DNA from: a phage
Length of the DNA stretch: 64,000 nt
Sequence record: PZ452579.1
Strand: one strand, 5' to 3'
The position numbers were made by a program, and so were the translations under genes. The notes below the pieces were generated by a model. The model saw only the letters and a list, made by a program, of their open reading frames with translations. It had not been told where the DNA came from and searched no databases. Below are positions 10,489 through 21,246 of the stretch, piece after piece. How positions within the stretch are numbered: position 1 is the stretch's first letter; each line of letters opens with the position of its first letter.

Positions 10489-10496
10489 GAGGACTT

Positions 10497-13400
10497 ATGG
10501 CTACTTTAAAACAAATACAATTTAAAAGAAGCAAAACTGCAGGAGCACGTCCTGCCGCTTCAGTATTAGCCGAAGGTGAATTGGCTATAAACTTAAAAGA
10601 CCGTGTACTTTTTACTAAAGATGACCAAGGAAATATTATTGATCTGGGTTTTGCTAAAGGCGGTAGTATTGACGGGAATGTTATTCATACAGGCAATTAT
10701 AACCAAACTGGCGATTATACTTTAAATGGCGTCTTCACCCAGACTGGTAATTTTAATTTAACTGGTATTGCTCGAGTAACTCGCGATATTATTGCCGCTG
10801 GGCAGATTATGACTGAAGGCGGAGAACTTATTACAAAAAGTTCAGGTACAGCACATGTTCGTTTTCATGATTCGGCTGATCGTGAACGTGGCATTATTTA
10901 TGCACCGGCTAATGATGGATTAACTACGCAAGTAGTTAATATCCGCGTTAAAGACTACGCCGCTGGTGATGAAAGCACCTATGCATTTTCGGGCAGTGGA
11001 CTATTTACTTCACCTGAAGTGTCAGCATGGAAATCTATGTCAACTCCTCAGATTTTGACAAATAGAGTTATTACTAATAATAAATCTACGAGCGATTATG
11101 ACATTTATTCTATGGCAGACAACGTTCCATTGTCTGAAAGCACTACTGCTATTAATCATCTCCGTGTTATGCGCAATGCTGTAGGCGCTGGTGTATTCCA
11201 TGAAGTTAAAGATAATGATGGAATAACTTGGTATACTGGAGATGGCTTAGACACTTATCTTTGGTCGTTTACCTGGTCCGGTGGATTGAAAGCAGGCCAT
11301 TCTATTTCTGTTGGTACTCCTGGTGGCAATAAAGGATACTCTGAATTAGGGACTGCTTCAATTTCTCTTGGCGATAATGATACCGGGCTAAAATGGCATC
11401 AGGATGGATATTATTTCAGCGTCAATAATGGAACGAAAACATTTTTATTTAGTCCCAACGAAACAACTAGCCTAAGAAAATTTGTAGCTGGATATTCTAC
11501 TACCGGAACCGATTTAACTACTCCTCCAACTGAAAACTATGCTTTGGCCACTGTTGTTACTTACCATGATAATAACGCGTTTGGAGACGGTCAGACTCTT
11601 TTAGGATATTATCAAGGCGGTAACTATCATCATTATTTTCGCGGTAAGGGTACTACAAACATTAATACTCACGGCGGTTTGTTAGTTACTCCAGGTAATA
11701 TTGATGTTATTGGCGGTTCTGTTAATATCGATGGTAGAAATAATGCTTCTACACTGATGTTTAGAGGTAACACAACTGGTAGTAGTTCAGTTGATAATAT
11801 GACAATTTCTGTGTGGGGTAATACGTTTACTAATCCTAGTGTAGGTGATCGTAAAAACGTCATGGAAATTTCTGATGCAACTGGTTGGATGAGCTATATT
11901 CAAAGACTTACAACAGGTGAAGTAGAAATGAACGTTAACGGTTCATTTGAATCATCTGGTGTTACTGCTGGAAATAGAGGAGTTCACACAACAGGTGAAA
12001 TTTCATCTGGAGCAGTGAATGCGCTTCGCATTTGGAATGCAGATTATGGAGCTATTTTTAGACGTTCAGAAGGAAGTCTTCATATTATTCCAACTGCTTA
12101 TGGTGAAGGCAAAAATGGTGATATCGGTCCACTTCGCCCGTTTAGTATGGCTTTAGATACCGGTAAAGTTACTATTCCAGATTTACAATCAAGTTACAAT
12201 ACGTTCGCTGCGAACGGCTATATTAAATTTGTTGGTCATGGAGCGGGTGCCGGCGGTTATGACATTCAATATGCTCAAGCGGCTCCTATTTTCCAGGAAA
12301 TTGATGACGATGCTGTAAGCAAATATTATCCGATTGTTAAGCAGAAGTTTTTAAACGGTAAAGCAGTTTGGTCTTTAGGTACTGAAATTAATTCGGGTAC
12401 ATTCGTTATTCATCATCTGAAAGAAGATGGTTCACAAGGACATACATCTCGTTTTAATCAAGACGGTACAGTTAATTTCCCTGATAATGTTCAGGTTGGT
12501 GGTGGTGAAGCTACTATTGCTCGCAACGGTAATATTTTCTCTGATATTTGGAAAACGTTTACTTCTGCAGGTGATGTAACTAATACCCATGACGCTATTG
12601 CTACTCGTGTTGCCAAAGAAGGTGATACGATGACCGGGCGCTTAACTCTTAATGCAAACTCGGATGCTATTGTTATTAACAGTGCTGCAACCGAATCTGG
12701 TTATGTGAAAGGACAAAAAGCAGGCGTTGATAACTGGTATGTAGGTAATGGTGGGGCTGATAATGCTATATCGTTTTATAGTTTCCGAACTAATTCAGGC
12801 ATATATGTTAATAATGGCGGTGATATTGCTTTAAACCCGGAAGGGTCTGCTACTTTTAATTTTAATAGGGATCGAATTTATATAAATGGGTCAGTCTGGA
12901 CCGCACACCAGGCTGGCGATTGGGGAAATCAATGGCGCCAGGAAGCTCCTGTATTTGTGGATTTTGGTAATGTCGGTAATGATAGTTATTATCCTATTAT
13001 TAAAGGAAAATCTGGTATTACTAATGAAGGTTATATATCTGGTGTAGATTTTGGTATGCGCCGTATCACTAATACATGGGCACAAGGTATTATTCGTGTA
13101 GGCAACCAGGAAGGCGATTCTGACCCACAAGCGATCTATGAATTCCACCACAATGGAGTTATGTATGTTCCTAACATGGTTAAAACCGGAGCAAGATTAT
13201 CGGCTGGCGGTGGTGACCCGGTGTGGACTGGACCATGTCTTGTTATTGGTGATAATGATACCGGATTAGTTCATGGTGGTGATGGGCGAATTAACATGGT
13301 TGCAAATGGAGTGCATATTGCTTCGTGGTCTTCATCTTATCATTCTCATCCTGGCCTTTGGGATTCAAACGGTGCTTTGTGGACAGAAGTTGGCAAAGCA

Positions 13401-13808
13401 GTTATTTCTCATGGTCATTTAGTTCAGGCGAATGACAACTATTCAACATATGTCCGCGATGTTTATGTCCGCTCTGATATTCGTGTTAAAAAGAACCTCG
13501 TTAAATTTGAAAATGCTTCTGAGAAGCTTTCTAAAATTAACGGTTACACTTATATACAGAAGCGAGGCCTAGATGAAGAAGGTAATCAGAAATGGGAACC
13601 AAACGCTGGGTTAATTGCTCAAGAAGTTCAAGCTATTTTACCTGAATTAGTTGAAGGTGATCAGGATGGTGAAGCTTTACTTCGTTTGAACTATAACGGT
13701 GTAATTGGTTTAAATACAGCTGCAATCAATGAGCATACTGCAGAAATTGCAGAACTTAAGTCAGAGATTGAAGAGCTTAAAAAATTAGTTAAATCATTGT
13801 TAAAATAA
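10497..13808 (+). CDS. 37: long tail fibre distal subunit gp37
   Basis: 1103 aa; [39 protein letters not shown]... gp37 N-terminus; C-terminal chaperone-like domain. Confidence 0.95.
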   Translation: MATLKQIQFKRSKTAGARPAASVLAEGELAINLKDRVLFTKDDQGNIIDLGFAKGGSIDGNVIHTGNYNQTGDYTLNGVFTQTGNFNLTGIARVTRDIIAAGQIMTEGGELITKSSGTAHVRFHDSADRERGIIYAPANDGLTTQVVNIRVKDYAAGDESTYAFSGSGLFTSPEVSAWKSMSTPQILTNRVITNNKSTSDYDIYSMADNVPLSESTTAINHLRVMRNAVGAGVFHEVKDNDGITWYTGDGLDTYLWSFTWSGGLKAGHSISVGTPGGNKGYSELGTASISLGDNDTGLKWHQDGYYFSVNNGTKTFLFSPNETTSLRKFVAGYSTTGTDLTTPPTENYALATVVTYHDNNAFGDGQTLLGYYQGGNYHHYFRGKGTTNINTHGGLLVTPGNIDVIGGSVNIDGRNNASTLMFRGNTTGSSSVDNMTISVWGNTFTNPSVGDRKNVMEISDATGWMSYIQRLTTGEVEMNVNGSFESSGVTAGNRGVHTTGEISSGAVNALRIWNADYGAIFRRSEGSLHIIPTAYGEGKNGDIGPLRPFSMALDTGKVTIPDLQSSYNTFAANGYIKFVGHGAGAGGYDIQYAQAAPIFQEIDDDAVSKYYPIVKQKFLNGKAVWSLGTEINSGTFVIHHLKEDGSQGHTSRFNQDGTVNFPDNVQVGGGEATIARNGNIFSDIWKTFTSAGDVTNTHDAIATRVAKEGDTMTGRLTLNANSDAIVINSAATESGYVKGQKAGVDNWYVGNGGADNAISFYSFRTNSGIYVNNGGDIALNPEGSATFNFNRDRIYINGSVWTAHQAGDWGNQWRQEAPVFVDFGNVGNDSYYPIIKGKSGITNEGYISGVDFGMRRITNTWAQGIIRVGNQEGDSDPQAIYEFHHNGVMYVPNMVKTGARLSAGGGDPVWTGPCLVIGDNDTGLVHGGDGRINMVANGVHIASWSSSYHSHPGLWDSNGALWTEVGKAVISHGHLVQANDNYSTYVRDVYVRSDIRVKKNLVKFENASEKLSKINGYTYIQKRGLDEEGNQKWEPNAGLIAQEVQAILPELVEGDQDGEALLRLNYNGVIGLNTAAINEHTAEIAELKSEIEELKKLVKSLLK
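13473..13805 (+). other. C-terminal intramolecular chaperone / autoproteolytic domain of gp37 (peptidase S74-like)
   Basis: SDIRVKKNL...[15 protein letters not shown]...[33 protein letters not shown] pattern typical of auto-cleaving tail-fibre chaperone domains. Confidence 0.6.
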
Positions 13809-13839
13809 TAAGAGGGGCTTCGGCCCCTTGGAGGTTTAT

Positions 13840-14613
13840 ATGGCAGTTGAAGGACCGTGGGTAGGATGGTCTGCAAGGGTACAGACTGGAGATCCTTGGA
13901 TGGGTGGTGCCGCACAGAGATTGAGAATGGGAATTCCGTTTTGGATGAGTAATATGATAGGTCGATCTGTTGAAGTAATTCACACACTTGGAGCAGACCA
14001 TAACTTCAATGGTCAATGGTTCCGAGATAGATGTTTTGAGGCAGGTAGTGCACCTATAGTGTTTAATATCACTGGAAATTTAGTATCATATAGTAAAGAT
14101 GTTCCATTATTCTTTATGTATGGCGATACACCAAATGAATATGTTACTTTGAATATTCACGGTGGAGTTCATATGTGGGGACGAGGTGGTAACGGTACTG
14201 TAAACGGAAACCCAGGCACAAATGGCGGCGATGTAATCCAAAATGATATCGGCGGAAGACTTCGTATTTGGAACTATGGCGTTATTGCATCAGGCGGCGG
14301 CGGTGGTGGTGCAATGTCGTTACAGAATAGCTGGGCGCCAAATGCTACAGCAGGTGGCGGTGGTGGTAGACCATTTGGCCTCGGCGGAGGCGGCGTTAAT
14401 TGGCCGGGTGGTAATGCTAGTTATGACGCCCCGGGCGGTGCCGGTTACACTTCCCAATTCGGCGGAGGCAATGGCGGTGATGCTGGAGGTCGTGGCGGAG
14501 ACGGATGGGGTAATCACTTATCTAGATCTGGCGGTGGTGCTCCTGGCAGAGCAGTATTCGGAAGTTCACCGTCATGGGGTGCTACAGGCACAATCTACGG
14601 CTCCTGGATTTAA
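13840..14613 (+). CDS. 38: T2-type receptor-recognising adhesin gp38 with glycine-rich motifs
   Basis: Start at ATG 13840 (SD GGAGG 5 nt upstream); [10 protein letters not shown]...; several poly-Gly blocks ([42 protein letters not shown]) separating variable segments. Confidence 0.85.
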   Translation: MAVEGPWVGWSARVQTGDPWMGGAAQRLRMGIPFWMSNMIGRSVEVIHTLGADHNFNGQWFRDRCFEAGSAPIVFNITGNLVSYSKDVPLFFMYGDTPNEYVTLNIHGGVHMWGRGGNGTVNGNPGTNGGDVIQNDIGGRLRIWNYGVIASGGGGGGAMSLQNSWAPNATAGGGGGRPFGLGGGGVNWPGGNASYDAPGGAGYTSQFGGGNGGDAGGRGGDGWGNHLSRSGGGAPGRAVFGSSPSWGATGTIYGSWI

Positions 14614-14631
14614 ACGATAATACCTCTCAAT

Positions 14632-14639
14632 TATAAATA
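14632..14639 (+). promoter_or_regulatory. late promoter TATAAATA for holin gene t
   Basis: exact TATAAATA about 20 nt upstream of the t start. Confidence 0.6.
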
Positions 14640-14658
14640 TTGATAAATGGGAGGTAAT

Positions 14659-15318
14659 ATGGCAGCACCAAAAGTATCATTTTCGCCTAGTGATATTTTA
14701 TTTGGGTTGCTAGACCGCATTTTCAAAGATAACGCCTCTGGAAATATTCTTATTTCAAGAGTTGCTGTTGTAGTTCTTTTGTTCCTAATGGCACTAATAT
14801 GGTACAAAGGGAATATTTTTATGGATTATTACGTGAGGTCGAAATATGATACTTACACAGAAGTAATTCAAAAAGAAAGAAATACACGATTTGAATCTGC
14901 GGCTTTAGAACAACTACAAATAGTCCACGTCACATCAAGGGCGGATTTTAGTTCGGTGTATTCTTTCAGACCTAAAAATCTAAATTATTTCGTCGACCTT
15001 ATTGCGTATGAAGGTAAGTTACCTAGCACAGTAACTGAAAAATCTATGGGAGGATTTCCTGTTGATAAAACGACAGCAGAATATTCGGTCCATTTAAGTG
15101 GACTTCACTTTACTTCTAAAACAGATTTTGCTTTCTTACCTACCAAATCAAAAACTCCGGAACTGGCGTATATGTATAGTTGTCCTTACTTCAATTTGGA
15201 TAACATATATGCGGGAACTGTTTCTATGTATTGGTATAAGGGGTCGGATGTGTTAAATGAAGAACGCTTGGCTGCAATATGCAACCAAGCAGCAAGGATA
15301 TTAGGGCGGGCTAAATAA
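14659..15318 (+). CDS. t: holin T
   Basis: Start at ATG 14659 (SD GGGAGG); MAAPKVSFSPSDILFGLLDRIFKDNASGN...YMYSCPYFNLDNIYAGT matches T4 holin. Confidence 0.95.
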   Translation: MAAPKVSFSPSDILFGLLDRIFKDNASGNILISRVAVVVLLFLMALIWYKGNIFMDYYVRSKYDTYTEVIQKERNTRFESAALEQLQIVHVTSRADFSSVYSFRPKNLNYFVDLIAYEGKLPSTVTEKSMGGFPVDKTTAEYSVHLSGLHFTSKTDFAFLPTKSKTPELAYMYSCPYFNLDNIYAGTVSMYWYKGSDVLNEERLAAICNQAARILGRAK

Positions 15319-15591
15319 TTAGTTGTTAGAATACATCGTCAAATGGCGATAAATATTTTCAAAACCTTCATTGAATTCACTAATCAGTGTTTTCTTTTCT
15401 TCGGCAGTTAAATTTGTAATTAGTTTTCTGAACGAATTCTGATTTAGCTGCCGACCATCTTTTTTAATTCCAATCTCATTCAAGAATCCGATGAAATTTG
15501 CTCGGTCTTCAACAATATCTTCCCTCGAGAATTTAATCAAAATAGAAGCAACCGTAATAATTTCACGTACAATTTCAATATCTTTATTCAT
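15319..15591 (-). CDS. asiA: anti-sigma70 factor AsiA
   Basis: 90 aa; MNKDIEIVREIITVASILIKFSREDIVEDRANFIGFLNEIG... near-identical pattern to T4 AsiA. Confidence 0.95.
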   Translation of the reverse strand: MNKDIEIVREIITVASILIKFSREDIVEDRANFIGFLNEIGIKKDGRQLNQNSFRKLITNLTAEEKKTLISEFNEGFENIYRHLTMYSNN

Positions 15592-15637
15592 AACGTTTTA
15601 TTCATTCCATTTGGTTGATATGAGTATAGTACCATTA

Positions 15638-15853
15638 TCAGTGTTGATTGTAAACAGCTTTTTCTACACTTTTAACGTAATCAGTGTAGTCTTCCTGTTC
15701 ATACGAGTGTAAGGCCAAGAATGTGGCTAATAGTTCATTATAGACTAAAGCCTCACGCTCACGTTCTGCCTCTACTACGTTCTGAAGATTATGGCTCATA
15801 TCATTCCTTATAACTATCAATGTAGTCCTGTATGTCAAAGAATGACATTTCAT
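15638..15853 (-). CDS. hypothetical early protein
   Basis: 71-aa ORF; overlaps next ORF, true start may be internal. Confidence 0.4.
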   Translation of the reverse strand: MKCHSLTYRTTLIVIRNDMSHNLQNVVEAEREREALVYNELLATFLALHSYEQEDYTDYVKSVEKAVYNQH

Positions 15854-16088
15854 ATTCTAGGGCGTTAAGAGCCCGTTCTTCAGTATAGTCAGAACCAAAG
15901 ACGATAGTGATTTCACCAGGCTTCATGTGATTGAAATCAACACTAAAAGGAATACGAGAACATACTTCGTCTGCCATATCTACGATAACACTACGACACA
16001 CTTCTCGGTTAACCTGATAAAGCTCTGCAAGTTCTTCGCAACGAATAACAAGTTCAGTGGCAGGATTTTCTTTTATTTTAGTAAGCAT
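15801..16088 (-). CDS. hypothetical acidic protein, possible Arn-like (anti-restriction) by position
   Basis: 95 aa, acidic; occupies the T4 arn neighbourhood next to asiA; identity not verified. Confidence 0.45.
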   Translation of the reverse strand: MLTKIKENPATELVIRCEELAELYQVNREVCRSVIVDMADEVCSRIPFSVDFNHMKPGEITIVFGSDYTEERALNALEYEMSFFDIQDYIDSYKE

Positions 16089-16162
16089 AGTCTTTACCCT
16101 TATGTTTTTGTTTACGTTTAGATTGAAGTTCCGATTTCTTCTTGTCCTTATGGACAGAAGCC

Positions 16163-16390
16163 TTATTGAAATCGTGTTTTGCTACAAGATTGTTCATAAT
16201 GATTTATAACCTCATTTAAACATTTATAGGTAAAAGAAAACTTTTTAGCCACAGAACATTCGATGATGTGTTCTTTCAAATCTTTAGAGTCAGTATAACC
16301 CATCTCAGTAATAAAGTGGCGAATTAAAGCTTTATTCTTATCATTAACAGAATTAAAATAATCTGCTTTAGAATCAATTATTCTCATCAT
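16163..16390 (-). CDS. hypothetical protein
   Basis: 75-aa ORF. Confidence 0.45.
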   Translation of the reverse strand: MMRIIDSKADYFNSVNDKNKALIRHFITEMGYTDSKDLKEHIIECSVAKKFSFTYKCLNEVINHYEQSCSKTRFQ

Positions 16391-16655
16391 CTAATTTCCT
16401 TAATTGATATTGCAACGAGCTAATAATTTCTTCGTTCATTTTAATATACATGTCGCGCAAGAAAGGTTTTAACCCATCACGAATAATTGCTAACGTATCA
16501 CCTTTACATAAATTAACCAAATAAGGATGGTCTAAAGCATCCCAACCAGGCTGATTAGCATACATACCATAGTTTTCTTCCATCATATGATTAAGACGTT
16601 TGATATCTTGGATACGTGATTCAATAGCATCTTTCTGGAGTTGTTTAATATTCAT
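16374..16655 (-). CDS. hypothetical protein
   Basis: 93-aa ORF. Confidence 0.5.
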   Translation of the reverse strand: MNIKQLQKDAIESRIQDIKRLNHMMEENYGMYANQPGWDALDHPYLVNLCKGDTLAIIRDGLKPFLRDMYIKMNEEIISSLQYQLRKLDDENN

Positions 16656-17116
16656 TAATAAAGGTCCTCTGAATAAAGTTCTTTCTCACTTCCGCCACGT
16701 TCAATACGTACCTGTCCAGCATATGTTGCAATAATCATTGCTTCTTCACGAGTCCAGTAATTAGAGTATTGGTCGATAAAGCCTTGGTCGTCGCCACAAA
16801 CTTGTTGCGAGACTAATTGAGGACCAACTATATCAAGTACTTCAGCCATATCTTTAGAGTAATGACGAACTCCAGGAATAACCAGAGTTCCACCGCTCTT
16901 CAATTTAAACCTATTAGCTGCACATACTATAACACGTTGAACTTTTTGGTCATTATTCCAATAGCACGTTTGCCAACAGATTTCAGGAACTTCATTTATT
17001 ACATCATCAACAGAATAATTATAACCGTAGGACTGGAATTTTTCTGCTAGACTTTCAGGAGTCTCACGAGACAAGGCTAAATCTAATAACTCTAAACGTT
17101 CTTTAAATGATTTCAT
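16655..17116 (-). CDS. hypothetical protein
   Basis: 153-aa ORF; ATG overlaps upstream stop. Confidence 0.55.
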   Translation of the reverse strand: MKSFKERLELLDLALSRETPESLAEKFQSYGYNYSVDDVINEVPEICWQTCYWNNDQKVQRVIVCAANRFKLKSGGTLVIPGVRHYSKDMAEVLDIVGPQLVSQQVCGDDQGFIDQYSNYWTREEAMIIATYAGQVRIERGGSEKELYSEDLY

Positions 17117-17442
17117 TTAAACCATTCCTTAATACGTTGCCAAATAGATTTTTGTGCTTGTTTATTTACACCAATCGAACGAATAACCGGTTGTGACTGC
17201 TGGTATTCTTTATAATCTTCTTTATAAATTTCGTAAGCTGCATCAACAAATGAACTGATCGCTGCCATGTAGTTTTTACGAAGGCCAAATGGCGCGTCAT
17301 TATTTTCACGAATAACCGTATATTGGCCTGCTTTAATCTTTACAATTGTCCCTAAATAAGCCCCGTGGTACCAAATATCCCATCCTTCCTGAGTAGGTTC
17401 TGCACATTTACGAAGTTCGTTAATAATATTCAGCTTATTCAT
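17113..17442 (-). CDS. hypothetical protein (motA-adjacent)
   Basis: 109-aa ORF with 4-nt overlap. Confidence 0.55.
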   Translation of the reverse strand: MNKLNIINELRKCAEPTQEGWDIWYHGAYLGTIVKIKAGQYTVIRENNDAPFGLRKNYMAAISSFVDAAYEIYKEDYKEYQQSQPVIRSIGVNKQAQKSIWQRIKEWFK

Positions 17443-17452
17443 TATGTATTCC

Positions 17453-18085
17453 TCACAGTACGTTAGTTACAAGGGTAATGATTTCTTTGGACACATTAGG
17501 GAAGTCAATATAAGTATATTTACCACCGATCTTAATCTTAACATCATTTTCAAGAGAAGTAAACAGCTTTGATTCAGTTTCTGACATGTTGTATGCAAAG
17601 ATTCTAAGAGCGCCATCTCGACGAATTTCGATCTGACGAATACCTAGAACTCGTTTTGCAAATCGAACTTCCAAGTTACTACGGTTTTCACCAATTTCCT
17701 TAACTTCAACTTTATCTTTAATATTTTCAAAAACAAAGTTTGCTAATTCATGCATTTCAGGAGTAACTCCACGTGCTTTTCTAGTGTTACGTTTCTGAAG
17801 AAGTTCTGGAGCGTTTTCTTGGGCAAAGAGGTCTGCAGCTTTTTGGATAATATCCATTGCTTCGCCTGTTGCTACAAGTCCATCACCGGATTTTTCGACT
17901 AAACCTTTCTTAATCAATACACCAATGTTAGAGTTAACAACTGATGCATTGTATTCCGCTTCCAGAGCTTCACGGACATTGGCAGCAGTGGTGAAGTTGT
18001 TCTTAATGATATAAACCATTATTGCAGCAGTTTTTTCATTCAGAGCGTTTTCAGAAGCTTTGATGATGTAAGTAACTTTAGACAT
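17453..18085 (-). CDS. motA: middle transcription activator MotA
   Basis: 210 aa; MSKVTYIIKASENALNEKTAAIMVYIIKNNF...GVLIKKGLVEKSGDGL matches T4 MotA. Confidence 0.9.
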   Translation of the reverse strand: MSKVTYIIKASENALNEKTAAIMVYIIKNNFTTAANVREALEAEYNASVVNSNIGVLIKKGLVEKSGDGLVATGEAMDIIQKAADLFAQENAPELLQKRNTRKARGVTPEMHELANFVFENIKDKVEVKEIGENRSNLEVRFAKRVLGIRQIEIRRDGALRIFAYNMSETESKLFTSLENDVKIKIGGKYTYIDFPNVSKEIITLVTNVL

Positions 18086-18169
18086 TTTATTTCTCCAATT
18101 TGGTTGTTTTGTTTTGATAGGTCTATAATATCATGTTTGAAGCACATGTAAACTGTTTTGTGAGAAAAA

Positions 18170-18194
18170 TGCACAAAAGGGAGCCGAAGCTCCC
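18170..18194 (-). terminator. rho-independent terminator downstream of gene 52
   Basis: GGGAGC-cgaa-GCTCCC hairpin; minus strand followed by TTTTGTG. Confidence 0.55.
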
Positions 18195-18270
18195 TAATCA
18201 TGTTTGTCCAACCAATACAGCCAAATCACTAGTGCAGCTATTGCACTGAGAAATCCTAAGGCTAGGGCAC

Positions 18271-19596
18271 TCAAAGTGCCTCCAAGTCTTTAGTGTACTC
18301 TGTCACAACATCAGTAGACTTCCAATACTCATTTTCTTCTTTCTTAGCTTTAGCTTCTTCTGCCAGTTTACGTGCTTCGTCGGAAGTGATATGGAAGATG
18401 TTAAGACCTACCAGTTTATCGACATGTTCTTTATACATTTCGATTTGTGCTAGCTCTTCAGTCAAAGCTTTACGAGTCTTGCCCTGAATCACAATTTCGC
18501 CACTGATAACTTTTTTGATGAAGTGTGCCTTAGCAAAAGCAAGTTTAAATGCTTTTTCAGATTCAAGGATTTTGTTGTCAATACGTTTCTGAACGTAAGT
18601 CTTACGGACTTCAACAAAATCTTTGATTAAGTCCACTACGTTATCGTAGACCGCTAATTTACCCTTTTCATTAATCACTGTGATGTTTTGTGAACGACGT
18701 TCGATGAGACTGAAATCTTTCATGATTTTTTCATGACGTAGCTCTTCATCATCAGGAAGCGAGTACTCTTTACGGAACTTCACCTTAAACCCAAAGCCGT
18801 GTTCACCGCAATCATCTTCCCATGAGATTAGACCTTTATCTTCCAACGGGTCGAGAACCTTACTCACATACGTTTCACGGTCGAATTTATATGGGATTTC
18901 AGTTATCTGCATTTGAGTGCGAGATGTGAACTTATATGTTCCGTGAATCTCATAACGCCCATCAACTTCATGTACTTCACCACGGAATTCCGGGAATTCA
19001 ACTTTTGGCTTAGTGACATTTTTACCTTGAAGAGCTTGTAATACAGCCTTTTTGACTGATTTAAAACTATGAGGCAGAATATTTGTTGCGTAACCGGTTG
19101 CAATACCAGAGACACCATTCAAAAGAACTGTCGGAATAATAGGAAGATAGAATTTTGGTGGAATATGTTCTTTATCTTCATGAGCTGGAGCATATTCAGT
19201 ATCTTTATATACGTTATAGAAATTTTTACTTACACGAGCAAAAATATAACGAGATGCTGCAGCTTTTTGGACTGTTCTAGAACCAAAGTTGCCTTGGCCA
19301 TCTAACAGTGGATAGTTGTTGTTCCATGTGTTAGCCATTAATGCACCTGCATCTTGTGCAGAAGATTCACCATGGTGATAACCTAAATCTGCAACACCGC
19401 CTGCAATTGACGCAAGTTTATGAAATTTTTCTTTATTACCACGAGCCAAATCTAACGCACGATGAACCACAAAACGTTGAACCGGCTTAAATCCATCAAT
19501 CATGTTTGGGATTGCACGGTTTTCAACGGTGTACATCGCATATGCTAAGGCTTCGTTATCAATAATACTTTTTAGATTACGAGAATTCAATTGCAT
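18271..19596 (-). CDS. 52: DNA topoisomerase II medium subunit gp52 (GyrA-like)
   Basis: 441 aa; MQLNSRNLKSIIDNEALAYAMYTVENRAIPNMIDGFKPVQRF... matches T4 gp52. Confidence 0.95.
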   Translation of the reverse strand: MQLNSRNLKSIIDNEALAYAMYTVENRAIPNMIDGFKPVQRFVVHRALDLARGNKEKFHKLASIAGGVADLGYHHGESSAQDAGALMANTWNNNYPLLDGQGNFGSRTVQKAAASRYIFARVSKNFYNVYKDTEYAPAHEDKEHIPPKFYLPIIPTVLLNGVSGIATGYATNILPHSFKSVKKAVLQALQGKNVTKPKVEFPEFRGEVHEVDGRYEIHGTYKFTSRTQMQITEIPYKFDRETYVSKVLDPLEDKGLISWEDDCGEHGFGFKVKFRKEYSLPDDEELRHEKIMKDFSLIERRSQNITVINEKGKLAVYDNVVDLIKDFVEVRKTYVQKRIDNKILESEKAFKLAFAKAHFIKKVISGEIVIQGKTRKALTEELAQIEMYKEHVDKLVGLNIFHITSDEARKLAEEAKAKKEENEYWKSTDVVTEYTKDLEAL

Positions 19597-19600
19597 ATTT

Positions 19601-19741
19601 TCACCATATTAATGAACGAATAACCATTATAACATCTGAAATGAAAAGCACTACTTGGATTAGTCCAAACATCACACCATAGTACAGAACCGTAAGCAAC
19701 AACAAGAGCCCGAAGGCTCCTGCTAAGATTTTCTTAAACAT
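19601..19741 (-). CDS. small predicted membrane protein (not in ORF track)
   Basis: 46 aa MFKKILAGAFGLLLLLTVLYYGVMFGLIQVVLFISDVIMVIRSLIW; its ATG overlaps the upstream stop (TAATG). Confidence 0.45.
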   Translation of the reverse strand: MFKKILAGAFGLLLLLTVLYYGVMFGLIQVVLFISDVIMVIRSLIW

Positions 19742-19887
19742 TACTCGCCTTTTAATACGTTAAGAAGAGCTAAGACCGCTAAGGTACCTTGTGATACGGC
19801 CTGTTGAAATACTGTTGTTTCGCCTGTAACTAAAGTGTTAACGAATAAAAACGACCAACACAGCAATGCAATAATCCATGCTACCAT
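19741..19887 (-). CDS. small predicted membrane protein (not in ORF track)
   Basis: 48 aa MVAWIIALLCWSFLFVNTLVTGETTVFQQAVSQGTLAVLALLNVLKGE; SD GAGGT upstream. Confidence 0.45.
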   Translation of the reverse strand: MVAWIIALLCWSFLFVNTLVTGETTVFQQAVSQGTLAVLALLNVLKGE

Positions 19888-19939
19888 TTTAATTACCTCA
19901 AAAATAAATTAAAGGCCTATTAAGCTAGGCCTATATAAA

Positions 19940-20386
19940 TTAGTAACTCTGCAGAATGAATTTGAAATTATCTGCCAGAAGACGGTTCATTTCAGTGAGT
20001 GTTTGATATTCTGATGTATGATTGCGAGTGAATGCCAGAGCCAATTGTCCTTTACCGTAACCAGTAGTCAGGGGTTTCATGTTCTTAGCTGCAACAAAGA
20101 TTACATCATATTCAATATTGTTAGTGCCCATGGTACGGGCTAGTTGCGAACGGCCTTGACGAATGTGAGAAAGAATTGCATCCAACCCTTGTTTAGAACG
20201 TTGACGTCCTACAAAGAATCGTGCTGCTACTTGTCGCCAATCAGATGAACCTTTAACAAAGAAGTAAAAACCTTCACGAGAACGAAACTCTTTAGAAACT
20301 TCAGAACCGTATTCACCATTACGAACTACTGCAACAACTTCACCACCAACTGCCAGAAGGTCTTTACGAGTTAAATATTTGGACAT
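19940..20386 (-). CDS. ndd: nucleoid disruption protein Ndd
   Basis: 148 aa; ...[32 protein letters not shown]...[32 protein letters not shown] matches T4 Ndd. Confidence 0.9.
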   Translation of the reverse strand: MSKYLTRKDLLAVGGEVVAVVRNGEYGSEVSKEFRSREGFYFFVKGSSDWRQVAARFFVGRQRSKQGLDAILSHIRQGRSQLARTMGTNNIEYDVIFVAAKNMKPLTTGYGKGQLALAFTRNHTSEYQTLTEMNRLLADNFKFILQSY

Positions 20387-20462
20387 ACTAATTTCCTCAA
20401 TTGATTAATGTTTTTGTAATCCATGAGAGCATTATACTCTGCTCTCAAGAGTTTGTACAATT

Positions 20463-20663
20463 TTATTCGGTCATATCAGAACGTTCAAAAAGCTCTTCAA
20501 CAGTTAAACATTCGGTGTCATCCTCAATAAAGAATCGGGTCCAACACGTTGGGGCGATGCAGTTATGAGTTTGTCCGGCTATAGAAGCTACACGAATAAG
20601 CTGCTGACCATTATTCAGGACAAATTTTTCACCAATTTCAACATCTTTAAAAAGCTTAGCCAT
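20463..20663 (-). CDS. hypothetical protein
   Basis: 66-aa ORF with early-promoter-like element and a 5' leader matching that of ORF 1001..1393. Confidence 0.5.
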   Translation of the reverse strand: MAKLFKDVEIGEKFVLNNGQQLIRVASIAGQTHNCIAPTCWTRFFIEDDTECLTVEELFERSDMTE

Positions 20664-20692
20664 TTTGATTTCCTCATGTTGTTGATAGGACT

Positions 20693-20722
20693 ACTATACC
20701 ATAATCCTACCTTGATGTAAAC
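20693..20722 (-). promoter_or_regulatory. T4-type early promoter (-35 GTTTAC, -10 TATAGT)
   Basis: minus strand GTTTAC, 18-nt spacer, TATAGT, followed by conserved CCTATCAA leader. Confidence 0.5.
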
Positions 20723-20914
20723 AATTAAATTACATTAAAATATGTTAAAGCCAACCATGTTCCAGTGAACGAACATGCGATGTAAAAACCCGTATCACAA
20801 ATTGTTCTTAGTACAATAAGAAGTGCATTTTTCATAAGTACCTCAATACAATTGAAAATATTATACAAATCATAGGGATACTAAGCAACCATATTCCGAT
20901 CCACATTTTAGAGC

Positions 20915-21178
20915 TCATATCTCAACTTCCGCGAGTTCCATATATCCTTTGTTGATAACCTCTTTAAGGTCTTTAGAAAGAATAACACTAAAATGGTCGT
21001 TCATATGTCCATTAACTAAACGAGTTATTTCGGCTTCAGATGACATATAAGGCACGTCTGAGTCCCAATGAGATAGACCTAAATGGGTATAAATCATCCC
21101 TTCGTCGTCTGCAGTGTTGTACATTGAAACAAATTCGCCTGTTACTTTATGTTTTGCGTAGAAAAATTTAAATTTCAT
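20915..21178 (-). CDS. hypothetical protein
   Basis: 87-aa ORF. Confidence 0.5.
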   Translation of the reverse strand: MKFKFFYAKHKVTGEFVSMYNTADDEGMIYTHLGLSHWDSDVPYMSSEAEITRLVNGHMNDHFSVILSKDLKEVINKGYMELAEVEI

Positions 21179-21246
21179 GATGTTATCCTCTTTTAGATAG
21201 GACTACTATATCATAGTCCTACTTAGTTGTAAACACTTTTATGAAA

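Noticed and set aside
14243-14620. 125-aa plus-strand ORF and 65-aa minus-strand ORF (14320..14517) inside gene 38
   Set aside because: Alternate-frame and antisense readings of the GC-rich poly-Gly codon runs of gp38; no independent start signals
16095-16197. Lys-rich roughly 39-aa minus-strand ORF between 16088 and 16200
   Set aside because: Overlaps the 3' end of the upstream ORF by about 35 nt in another frame and lacks a clear SD; insufficient support
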